This document shows positions 17,269 through 24,092 of a stretch of DNA of 64,000 nt, one piece after another (positions within the stretch are counted from its first letter, which is position 1; each line of letters starts with the position of its first letter). Position numbers and translations under genes: made by a program. Source of the DNA: a virus; IMG/VR virus record IMGVR_UViG_3300000052_000003, one strand, 5' to 3'. Under the pieces are notes generated by a model. The model was not told the origin of the DNA and searched no databases. It saw nothing but the letters and a program-made list of their open reading frames with translations.

Positions 17269-17975
17269 TGTTCTGGTATTATAGGTTTGTTCTGCAATGT
17301 AGTTAAATTGCGATTATCTTGTGCTCCTGGAGTTGTATTATTTTTTTTAGGAGAAAATAATCCTTGATAATTATTAGAAATTGAGTGATTAATTGCAAGC
17401 TCTAAATCTTCATCGCTTTTATCTGACCACTCCTTTTGTAGTTGTAAGGATCCAATAAGAGTATAGCTAGACTTCTTTTCTTTTTTATAATCAAACCATC
17501 TTTGAAAAAGAAAATCTCGCTTAGTAAAATCTCCTTTGATTTTCTCTTCTTTACTTTCTTCTTCTTTACTTTCCTTTACTTTGTTGAACGGTCGTTGAAC
17601 GGTCGTTGAACGGTCGTTGCTAAGTCGCTTAGCAGCAGACTTTAAGCCAGCATCTCTACGTTGTTCTTTCATCTTAAAATAGGGCTCCAAATAGATCAAC
17701 ATTTTAGGAGAAAAGAATTTCTGTTCTGGATCGAGTTGAAACAATTCGTAGTTGCAGATCACGACTCTGATCTTCTGCTCTGAGGTTCCAAACTCTTCAG
17801 CTAATAGATCAATGTCTTCGATTGGATACATCAAATCTTGTTGCTCTCTTAGCGTCTCCAATAACATAAAATAAATACCGTACCCTTCAAGTCCGAGCTC
17901 CTTTCTTAGTCGCTTAATCTTTCGATCATGTCTAGCGTTACAAAAGTGTGGGAAATAATAAGCGTCTTTTTGCAT
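17259..17975 (-). CDS. Replication initiator (DUF4373/Lin1244-like N-terminal domain)
   Basis: YFPH...DRKIKRLRKELGLEGYGIYFMLLE N-terminus; internal iterons; upstream of dnaB. Confidence 0.8.
   Translation of the reverse strand: MQKDAYYFPHFCNARHDRKIKRLRKELGLEGYGIYFMLLETLREQQDLMYPIEDIDLLAEEFGTSEQKIRVVICNYELFQLDPEQKFFSPKMLIYLEPYFKMKEQRRDAGLKSAAKRLSNDRSTTVQRPFNKVKESKEEESKEEKIKGDFTKRDFLFQRWFDYKKEKKSSYTLIGSLQLQKEWSDKSDEDLELAINHSISNNYQGLFSPKKNNTTPGAQDNRNLTTLQNKPIIPEQWQ
17545..17619. repeat. Putative replication origin: 3.4 x 11-bp GTTGAACGGTC iterons plus adjacent TCTTTACTT repeats
   Basis: Tandem repeat 17583-17619 inside the initiator gene, lambda O-like arrangement. Confidence 0.75.
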
Positions 17976-17986
17976 TGTAATAAAAT

Positions 17987-18072
17987 AAAAAAAAGCCAGT
18001 CTGCGTAGGAGTGCAAATCTGGCTCTGGTTTTTAAACCCTTAAATAACCCAAGAACTCCTACCCTCTTGGCT
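17987..18072 (-). promoter_or_regulatory. Structured initiator leader: two hairpins with complementary loops, the second followed by U8
   Basis: Loops GTAGGAGT and ACTCCTAC on the mRNA are exact 8-nt complements. Confidence 0.7.
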
Positions 18073-18081
18073 TATTGTTCT

Positions 18082-18089
18082 CAAATATA
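18082..18089 (-). promoter_or_regulatory. -7 promoter element TATATTTG for the initiator leader
   Basis: Matches TAnnTTTG about 10 nt upstream of the first leader hairpin. Confidence 0.6.
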
Positions 18090-18106
18090 AAAAACATTTT
18101 TAACAC

Positions 18107-18301
18107 CTACAAATCATTTAAAAGATTCTCGAGTCTCATGATCTCTGCCTCCGCTTCGCTCATTTTATCCAGGATCAGATCGAATGCTTTGACATCTGGA
18201 TTGTAATACTTCATGATCTGAGTGTACTCGTTAAGATCAATTTTACGGTGAGCGATCTGGACATTCACCACTGCAAGAAAGCATCTGTCTTCTAGTGTCA
18301 T
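18107..18301 (-). CDS. Hypothetical protein (64 aa)
   Basis: Coupled operon ORF. Confidence 0.6.
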   Translation of the reverse strand: MTLEDRCFLAVVNVQIAHRKIDLNEYTQIMKYYNPDVKAFDLILDKMSEAEAEIMRLENLLNDL

Positions 18302-18498
18302 TGTCTTTCCTTTATGTGACTAACTACTTCACGCCAGTACGTCGCATCTAGTCCGTCGATGATCCGATTTTTAATGATCAGAATTGAGTTTTCCAGGGCT
18401 TCTTCTAGGACGTATTTCATCTGAATCTTACCATATTGCTTTAGATGAGTTTCGCTGATATAGTCGATTATATCGTCTGCCTTTTCTTTCGGTGTCAT
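18298..18498 (-). CDS. Small hypothetical protein (MTPKEKA-type)
   Basis: Paralogous to 18502-18693 and 13944-14135. Confidence 0.7.
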   Translation of the reverse strand: MTPKEKADDIIDYISETHLKQYGKIQMKYVLEEALENSILIIKNRIIDGLDATYWREVVSHIKERQ

Positions 18499-18501
18499 GG
18501 C

Positions 18502-18693
18502 TTACAGATTTATAAGGTCCTCTCTTAATTCTGCCCAATAACTAAGATCTAAATCGCCAGCGTGGATCGCTTCCATCACTATCTCAGCTCCTAGAATTGC
18601 GGAGGCGATGGCCTCCTCTTTATTTTTCTTGATCTGTGGATGCGATTCCTGGAAACGCTTCACTAGACTTATTGCGAATTGCTTTCTTGTCAT
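18502..18693 (-). CDS. Small hypothetical protein (MTRKQFA-type paralog)
   Basis: CACATCTAACC leader; C-terminal YWAEL. Confidence 0.7.
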   Translation of the reverse strand: MTRKQFAISLVKRFQESHPQIKKNKEEAIASAILGAEIVMEAIHAGDLDLSYWAELREDLINL

Positions 18694-18708
18694 TGTCTTG
18701 GTTAGATG

Positions 18709-18746
18709 TGGGCCAGCCTAGATGACCGGCCCAGTTTACAAATATA
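18709..18746 (-). promoter_or_regulatory. -7 element TATATTTG followed by a 5' hairpin (TGGGCC/GGCCCA)
   Basis: CAAATATA at 18739-18746 on +; stem arms 18709-18714 and 18728-18733. Confidence 0.55.
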
Positions 18747-19013
18747 CTAATTTTTTACTTTCCTGATTCTGTGAAAGAATATACCTTCCAGGTAAGGGAA
18801 GTCTGATTCTAACTTTCTCGAATAGTCTGCCGTGTAGTTATTATTTACTTTATATCGATCAGTCTTTTCGATCATTGACTCCCAGCGGATCCTCTCGAAG
18901 ATCTGCTTAGCTCCAATTTTTTTGTGACCGTTATTGATCAGCAAAAAGGCAAAGCGTTTGAACTCTTCGTAGATCCTGGGATTTAGCTCGTGATACTCTT
19001 TGAATGTTAGCAT
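18747..19013 (-). CDS. Conserved phage protein (88 aa, possible winged-helix)
   Basis: NPRIYEEF...IFERIRW...KVNNNY pattern; TCACATCT leader. Confidence 0.7.
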   Translation of the reverse strand: MLTFKEYHELNPRIYEEFKRFAFLLINNGHKKIGAKQIFERIRWESMIEKTDRYKVNNNYTADYSRKLESDFPYLEGIFFHRIRKVKN

Positions 19014-19116
19014 CTTGCTTTATTTGAGATGTGATGTAAAGTTTACGACGATCATTTTGAAGCTCTCTGGCTATGTGATCCATCCAGTCATTGAAATTAA
19101 GCTTGTTCGTATTCAT
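18931..19116 (-). CDS. Hypothetical protein (61 aa)
   Basis: ATG overlaps upstream stop; overlaps the next gene at its 3' end. Confidence 0.45.
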   Translation of the reverse strand: MNTNKLNFNDWMDHIARELQNDRRKLYITSQIKQDANIQRVSRAKSQDLRRVQTLCLFADQ

Positions 19117-19291
19117 TGTAGATCAATTTAATTTCGTCTAAAACCTCTGGATATTTTACCTTCCCGTATACGGTCTGCTGAACTATCGCAGTGGTCCACT
19201 CTCTAGCGCTAAAGGGCTTAATCCCTTTAGCATTTAAACGCTCAGCACATTGCTGATAAACATTCATTTTTTTAACTCTTGTCATCTTCAT
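19097..19291 (-). CDS. Small putative DNA-binding protein
   Basis: AERLNAKGI....W....V resembles the DNA-binding segment of serine recombinases; no catalytic domain present. Confidence 0.55.
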   Translation of the reverse strand: MKMTRVKKMNVYQQCAERLNAKGIKPFSAREWTTAIVQQTVYGKVKYPEVLDEIKLIYNEYEQA

Positions 19292-19469
19292 TTTCTTTTA
19301 ATTTCATGTAAGGACTTGATCCGATTACTTTATAACCTGACCACATTTGCCAGTCCACATATTTAACGTATTCCTCGCTGGAAGCAAACCGCTCAATGAC
19401 GCTGTAATAATTGCCTGACGGGCTCTTCAAGTCTAACCTTAGAACCTGGGGATAAGTCTCTTCTACCAT
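19272..19469 (-). CDS. Hypothetical protein (65 aa)
   Basis: Coupled operon ORF. Confidence 0.55.
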   Translation of the reverse strand: MVEETYPQVLRLDLKSPSGNYYSVIERFASSEEYVKYVDWQMWSGYKVIGSSPYMKLKENEDDKS

Positions 19470-20116
19470 GGTAAATCGTCTTCGCTAATTTCACCAAACT
19501 CTACATTCTCTGGAGCATCTGCGATCACTGGTGAATTCTTAAGGATTGCCTGATATTCCTGCGAGCTTGCAATCTTCTCCTTGATAAAATCTGGGAAGGA
19601 ATCATAAGCCACCTGGTCAAAGTTATTAACCGAAAAGACCATTTGAGGATTGATCAAATCCGGCACTTGCATTCCTTTCATCACGCCTCCGATCGATGCG
19701 ATCTCAGCGTAAGTCTTACCGCTTACCTTAGACGTCTTATGGATGATCGATAAGGTGCAAGCCTTACCAGCTAGGACCGCGATGTCGAATGCCTTACATT
19801 CGTCCTCTGTTAGTGCCTTGCCTCTCCAGGAGTTAAGAAAAGCGCGAAGGTTTGATTTATCACCTAGCGACAAAGTAAATTCCTTAGAGATTACCTGAGG
19901 TTGCTCTCCGTTCTCTTCCTTGAATACTTTCATTTCCGTAGGAAGCTCGAAAGTAAGGCGTACCTTATTGACGTTTTTCTCTTCGCCCATGTAGGATTCT
20001 TTGATAGTTCCTAAGTGAACCATAGAATAGCATCGTGCGACGTAAGTACCTGCCGGGATCGGCTCGTAGTTTGAGCCTCCAGTTGAGGAGGCAATGATAG
20101 TTGTTTTGTTAGACAT
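19463..20116 (-). CDS. Putative single-stranded DNA-binding protein
   Basis: PAGTYVARC N-terminus, beta-rich core, acidic SSB-type tail EDDLPW. Confidence 0.7.
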   Translation of the reverse strand: MSNKTTIIASSTGGSNYEPIPAGTYVARCYSMVHLGTIKESYMGEEKNVNKVRLTFELPTEMKVFKEENGEQPQVISKEFTLSLGDKSNLRAFLNSWRGKALTEDECKAFDIAVLAGKACTLSIIHKTSKVSGKTYAEIASIGGVMKGMQVPDLINPQMVFSVNNFDQVAYDSFPDFIKEKIASSQEYQAILKNSPVIADAPENVEFGEISEDDLPW

Positions 20117-20127
20117 GATAATAAAAA

Positions 20128-20238
20128 TTAAAGGTTTGAAATGATTGTGATTACTGATAAAATTCCGATGATAATCAGAGTTAGGATAGTAGCCTGGGCT
20201 AGTTCAGATCCTGGGATTGTTTTTAATAATTCTCTCAT
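20128..20238 (-). CDS. Small membrane peptide, 36 aa (MRELLKTIPGSELAQATILTLIIIGILSVITIISNL)
   Basis: Hand-translated; ACATCTA leader; fills the gap upstream of the SSB gene. Confidence 0.6.
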   Translation of the reverse strand: MRELLKTIPGSELAQATILTLIIIGILSVITIISNL

Positions 20239-20290
20239 TTGGATAGATGTTTAAAGATTGCCAGGGAATCAGCCCTGGCTCTGTTATGAA

Positions 20291-20458
20291 TTAATAAACC
20301 TTAACAATGAATAAATTGTCGTAATTCATTTCTTTTTGAAATTGATTTACGAAAGTCATTGCAAGTCTTTTAGTAGGAAATAAATGATCTAAAAAAACTG
20401 GATTTCCGTAAACTGTTTTTTGATTCTTGCTGACAATTACTTGAGTTGGCTTTTTCAT
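20291..20458 (-). CDS. Hypothetical early protein, 55 aa (MKKPTQVIVSKNQK...)
   Basis: Hand-translated; first ORF after promoter P3, ACATCTAAA leader. Confidence 0.65.
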   Translation of the reverse strand: MKKPTQVIVSKNQKTVYGNPVFLDHLFPTKRLAMTFVNQFQKEMNYDNLFIVKVY

Positions 20459-20487
20459 GATTTAGATGTTTTGTAGTTGCTTCGTTG

Positions 20488-20541
20488 CTGACTACATGAC
20501 AAATTTAATACCTTTTTTGATATAAAAAAACTTTTTTTAAA
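20488..20541 (-). promoter_or_regulatory. Early promoter P3 (A/T box-TATCAA-N9-TAAATTTG-N4-GTAGTCAG)
   Basis: Identical spacing to P1 and P2. Confidence 0.8.
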
Positions 20542-20567
20542 TTTATTTTAAATTATTTTTCAGACAC

Positions 20568-20600
20568 AAAAAAAGCCCAAGGATAAGATCCCAGGGCTTT
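20568..20600 (-). terminator. Intrinsic terminator ending the minus-strand late transcript / sRNA
   Basis: GCCC..GGAT-loop-ATCC..GGGC stem followed by U7 on the minus strand. Confidence 0.8.
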
Positions 20601-20636
20601 AGTATTCACATCTAAACCTATACTATGAAAAACAAT
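20568..20636 (-). ncRNA. Candidate antisense sRNA targeting ACATCTAA(AC) leaders of early genes
   Basis: TAAATTTG promoter at 20641-20648, TAGTAT/ATACTA stem with loop AGGTTTAGATGTGA, then terminator; 5' end estimated. Confidence 0.55.
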
Positions 20637-20645
20637 TAAACAAAT

Positions 20646-21638
20646 TTACACTATTTTTCCTTCTTTAATCATAAGATTCGAAACTTTACTTTTGCCGTCT
20701 TTAATTTCTACCAGTGCGAAGCCGTGATTATGCTGGGCAAAAGGATAGTATTTGGGAGACAAGTGAGTCAGGCACCCAGTCGAATAGGAATGAATGAAGT
20801 TTTTAAACCCGTCTTTCTTTGTCGTGCTAGTGGTCCGATGAACGTGACCAATCAAGGTATTGCAGAAAGTCTTATTAAATGTAGTCTGGGAAGGATTCAT
20901 TCCGCCAGCCATGATCTCGTGTCCATGACAAACTAATAAATCTCCCATTTCCATACCTTGCCAGTCCTCTACCCACTCGATTTTTAAGTGATCCATACGG
21001 AAGAACTTATCGAATTGCAATTCGTGGAGGCCGGCGAACTCCTCCGCCTGGCTAAACAGATAGCGCTGGAATCGATTCTCGTGATTGCCTGCCTTAAAAT
21101 AGATTGGAATAGTTGGAAAGATGTCGCGAAGCTTCTGAAGAAAGTTTCTAGCCATCTCGATCTCTCGCGGGAAGTCTCTAAGATCCTTCTCCTTCTCGTG
21201 TCTAGATATCGAATAGAAGTCGAAGGTATCACCGTTCAAATAAAGGCAGTCGATCTCTTGCTCTCTTAGGTACTTAATAGCGCAGGTAAGCGCTTCTAAA
21301 GAATGAAACGGGACATGGATGTCTGATAGGATCCCGATCTTTTTTAAGTGATCTGGAAGGCGTGCACTGGTGTAATCTTTCCCGATCCCTGGCTCAATCC
21401 CAAAGCTATCGATTTCGTCCAGGTTAAATGATTCTATCTTAGCGCTTGGTCTTGTCTTTTTAAAGTATTCGGACCTATCCTTTACAGATATACCTAGTCT
21501 AGTCATCTGGCGATGAAAGGTAGATAAATCTTTATATCCGTAATTCTCCCAATTTTCACGCTCAAAATCTGCGCGAGTCATATTAGTAGAATAAAAATGC
21601 TTTTTTATCGCCTCGGATTTACCGTTGTCTTTGTTCAT
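20646..21638 (-). CDS. Calcineurin-like metallophosphoesterase with N-terminal extension
   Basis: SDIH, NGD..D, GNHE, HGHE, GHVHR metal-binding motifs. Confidence 0.9.
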   Translation of the reverse strand: MNKDNGKSEAIKKHFYSTNMTRADFERENWENYGYKDLSTFHRQMTRLGISVKDRSEYFKKTRPSAKIESFNLDEIDSFGIEPGIGKDYTSARLPDHLKKIGILSDIHVPFHSLEALTCAIKYLREQEIDCLYLNGDTFDFYSISRHEKEKDLRDFPREIEMARNFLQKLRDIFPTIPIYFKAGNHENRFQRYLFSQAEEFAGLHELQFDKFFRMDHLKIEWVEDWQGMEMGDLLVCHGHEIMAGGMNPSQTTFNKTFCNTLIGHVHRTTSTTKKDGFKNFIHSYSTGCLTHLSPKYYPFAQHNHGFALVEIKDGKSKVSNLMIKEGKIV

Positions 21639-21813
21639 ATTCTTCCATTAGTTGGTCTACCAGAAACTCAATGTTATTTAATAGCTTCATGCGAAGCACA
21701 AAACCAGCATCGTCGATGTGCTCGATAGATTCCATTACCTCAATCATTTTATCTAGCGTTTCACTTGTAGGATTTCGAGGATTTTCGATAGGATCGATGT
21801 CTATTTGATACAC
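21619..21813 (-). CDS. Hypothetical acidic protein (64 aa)
   Basis: Coupled ORF. Confidence 0.55.
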   Translation of the reverse strand: MYQIDIDPIENPRNPTSETLDKMIEVMESIEHIDDAGFVLRMKLLNNIEFLVDQLMEEYEQRQR

Positions 21814-22259
21814 TATTTTAAACCGAATTTAAGGTATAAATAAGCCACTAGCATAATAGCTTCCGCAAATAGTAGCATTACTACCCAATCAGGAACCCGA
21901 TACTTGATTACTTCCTTGTCTCTGTATTCGATCCATTTTACCTGGGAGTTGCGATAGTTATTCTCGATCTCCTGGCGCATCGAATCAATATCGATCGTCG
22001 CTCTGATCTGGCCCTTGTCAGACTTGATTGTTACTGATCCATTAGGAAGGACCAGACGTGAATAAAAAGTAGATAGTAAGCCAGCGGAGTCGCAAGGATT
22101 CGAGATCGTGAGCGTGTCGTGTACCGCTCTAAATCTTTCGACTATTTTCTCGCTTTTCATTGTGTCGATTCTAAGCGTTTCTTTATACTCGGTTAGAGTC
22201 TTTGTCTGCTTACAAGAAACAAACACAATACAAGCCAAAAGAATGATGAATTTTTGCAT
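21813..22259 (-). CDS. Putative unimolecular spanin (lipoprotein with C-terminal TM helix)
   Basis: Signal peptide ending FVSC at Cys16; C-terminal hydrophobic helix; directly after endolysin. Confidence 0.65.
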   Translation of the reverse strand: MQKFIILLACIVFVSCKQTKTLTEYKETLRIDTMKSEKIVERFRAVHDTLTISNPCDSAGLLSTFYSRLVLPNGSVTIKSDKGQIRATIDIDSMRQEIENNYRNSQVKWIEYRDKEVIKYRVPDWVVMLLFAEAIMLVAYLYLKFGLK

Positions 22260-22261
22260 TA

Positions 22262-22717
22262 TTAAGAGAAGTAAAGGTCAGCCTCCGCTTGACGTCGTTT
22301 AGTTAATCCAGCTAGAACCTTTCCGCCTCCCTTATTCCACTTCATAAACTCCGCGCGAATCGTCGGATCATTCGGATTAAGATTGACTTTCTTTAATAAA
22401 GTGGATGATTTTAGATTTCTTGGTCCGCAATTATAAGCAAAGGATGCAAGTGCATCGAATTGATTTTGACTGATATCGTCGCGACAGAAACTATCGACGT
22501 CTTTCTCGTAGGATTGAATTAAAAACTTTAGTAACTCTTCTGCTTTTTGAGGAGTGATCGCCGGATCTGTTAATTTTACTTTAGATCCATCTGGATAATA
22601 GCAATTTCCAAACCCGATTGTCGGAATGTTAGCAGGGCAAAGGTATGGCTTCAATTTAAGCCCCTCAAATCTTTTTATTAGATCGAGTCCTTTTTGGCTG
22701 GCTTTGGTTACTTTCAT
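22262..22717 (-). CDS. Endolysin (GH24 lysozyme)
   Basis: FEG....Y.C.A..PTIGFG catalytic region, QNQFDALASFAYNCG, GLTKRR..E. Confidence 0.92.
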   Translation of the reverse strand: MKVTKASQKGLDLIKRFEGLKLKPYLCPANIPTIGFGNCYYPDGSKVKLTDPAITPQKAEELLKFLIQSYEKDVDSFCRDDISQNQFDALASFAYNCGPRNLKSSTLLKKVNLNPNDPTIRAEFMKWNKGGGKVLAGLTKRRQAEADLYFS

Positions 22718-22985
22718 CAATTATGCCTAGTTTGGTTTTTAGGTTTGAATTTTCGGATTTTAAAGAGTGAACTTCAGCCGTTAAGACGTCTATCTTGTCG
22801 CTTAGTTCCTTCACTTTGTCAGACATTTCTTGAGCCATCTGTCTCCAGATTTCGATGGCCTTAGAGGTTTGATCGAGCTCAGAGGTTGTGATCTCAGCCT
22901 GCTCTTTTCTTCTACCTACTAGCCATCCGATCAGTGCGGCGATCGCCCCCGTGACAGATTGCCCAAGAATGTCTTCCAAATTCAT
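22665..22985 (-). CDS. Putative holin/antiholin (one N-terminal TM plus coiled coil)
   Basis: Hydrophobic N-terminus then basic residues; directly upstream of endolysin. Confidence 0.55.
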   Translation of the reverse strand: MNLEDILGQSVTGAIAALIGWLVGRRKEQAEITTSELDQTSKAIEIWRQMAQEMSDKVKELSDKIDVLTAEVHSLKSENSNLKTKLGIIDESNQSQPKRTRSNKKI

Positions 22986-22988
22986 TTA

Positions 22989-23258
22989 TTAATCCTTCTT
23001 TAATACCTGCAATAATTGAGCTTTTGCAAGGATTGTGAAACCTTCAGAATCCTTGATAAAGTTTTTGATCGTTTCTTGATCGCTTGAGTCCAAGTCAAGA
23101 ATCTCTCCTTTGTTTAAGTTTACCGCCCAGTCCCAGAACTTTAAGGCATCGCCTTTGGATCCTTGAGCTAAAGCGTTAGCTAATAACTTACCTGCATTCG
23201 CGCCATCAATGGCCTGACCGTCTAATCCGACAAGGTCAAAATTAAAATTTAACTTCAT
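22989..23258 (-). CDS. Hypothetical protein (89 aa), possible fibre-assembly factor
   Basis: Position between fibre cluster and lysis genes. Confidence 0.55.
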   Translation of the reverse strand: MKLNFNFDLVGLDGQAIDGANAGKLLANALAQGSKGDALKFWDWAVNLNKGEILDLDSSDQETIKNFIKDSEGFTILAKAQLLQVLKKD

Positions 23259-23301
23259 TCTTTTTTTTGTTTGGTTTAACTTTTAATATATAGCAAAAGT
23301 C

Positions 23302-23631
23302 CTAGATTTTTGCAGGATCCTCTTCTATTACTGGCGCTTCTTCTTCTATTACTGGCGCTACATAATCTCCGGTAATAGTTAGATTTAATTTTTCTGCGAT
23401 AAAATCCCAAGCTAAAGAATCATCTTCCCAAGCTTCGTACTCTTCTCCTTGCATTGTTAAATTTCCATCTGTTAATTTTTCAGCTAAAAATCCTTCTTCG
23501 TTTTGAACATGCAAAGAATAATAAAAAGTAGCAGAACTATTTATAGTTACATTAACTGCATAAGCGTTTAAAATTTTAGCCTCTTTGCTTACTCCGTTAT
23601 CCCAGATAGAAACTGGCTCGATAATTTTCAT
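23302..23631 (-). CDS. Hypothetical fibre-associated protein with duplicated APVIEE tail
   Basis: 21-bp-period repeat at about 23320-23359. Confidence 0.65.
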   Translation of the reverse strand: MKIIEPVSIWDNGVSKEAKILNAYAVNVTINSSATFYYSLHVQNEEGFLAEKLTDGNLTMQGEEYEAWEDDSLAWDFIAEKLNLTITGDYVAPVIEEEAPVIEEDPAKI

Positions 23632-23656
23632 ATTTTTATTTATTTAAAGTTTAAAT

Positions 23657-24091
23657 TTAAGGGCATCCAGTTTGTCCAGATACTATTTGAATAGAGCCAT
23701 TATAGCCAGCTGGTAAAGTAGTTTGCGAATTACCGCTAAAGGTGTAATAAACTGGTGTACTGCTTGGAAATATGTAACGCTGACCAGTTCCTAAAGTAGG
23801 AACAATTTTTGTCCAAGCTACTGCACCACCAGAGCAGTTATTTAATTGATAATAGGTTGCTGGTGTAGCTAATAAATTACTTTTTACTACTAGCTGATTA
23901 TCCGATTTACCAGATAATGGAGAACTCTGAATATCTACCGTAGTTAAGGCTCCAATTTTAGTTACTTGCCTAGAGCCAGAAACTCCAGGAGGCGGAATTG
24001 TACCTATTTTTATAAATACGTTATTATCTACCGCGTTCTGTAAATTATCCCAGCTAACCGTTTGACTATTTGATATACCACTCCAAGACAT
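23657..24091 (-). CDS. Putative tail-fibre-associated protein (144 aa)
   Basis: Ser/Thr/Gly-rich, 2 Cys, directly downstream of the fibre gene. Confidence 0.6.
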   Translation of the reverse strand: MSWSGISNSQTVSWDNLQNAVDNNVFIKIGTIPPPGVSGSRQVTKIGALTTVDIQSSPLSGKSDNQLVVKSNLLATPATYYQLNNCSGGAVAWTKIVPTLGTGQRYIFPSSTPVYYTFSGNSQTTLPAGYNGSIQIVSGQTGCP

Positions 24092-24092
24092 A

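Noticed and set aside
17583-17619. Short repeats as a CRISPR array
   Set aside because: 11-bp contiguous repeats without spacers, inside a CDS; no cas genes.
20260-20279. GCCAGGG/CCCTGGC hairpin as a terminator
   Set aside because: No convincing U tract on the transcribed strand; may be a processing or stability hairpin, not called.
20625-20639. Plus-strand mini-ORF MKNN with a perfect-looking leader (CACATCTAAAC...ATGAAAAA)
   Set aside because: Four codons, no plus-strand promoter seen; better explained as the template of the minus-strand antisense RNA.
20984-21269. Overlapping alternative-frame ORFs in the phosphoesterase (also 20724-20936)
   Set aside because: Shadow ORFs within a well-supported gene.
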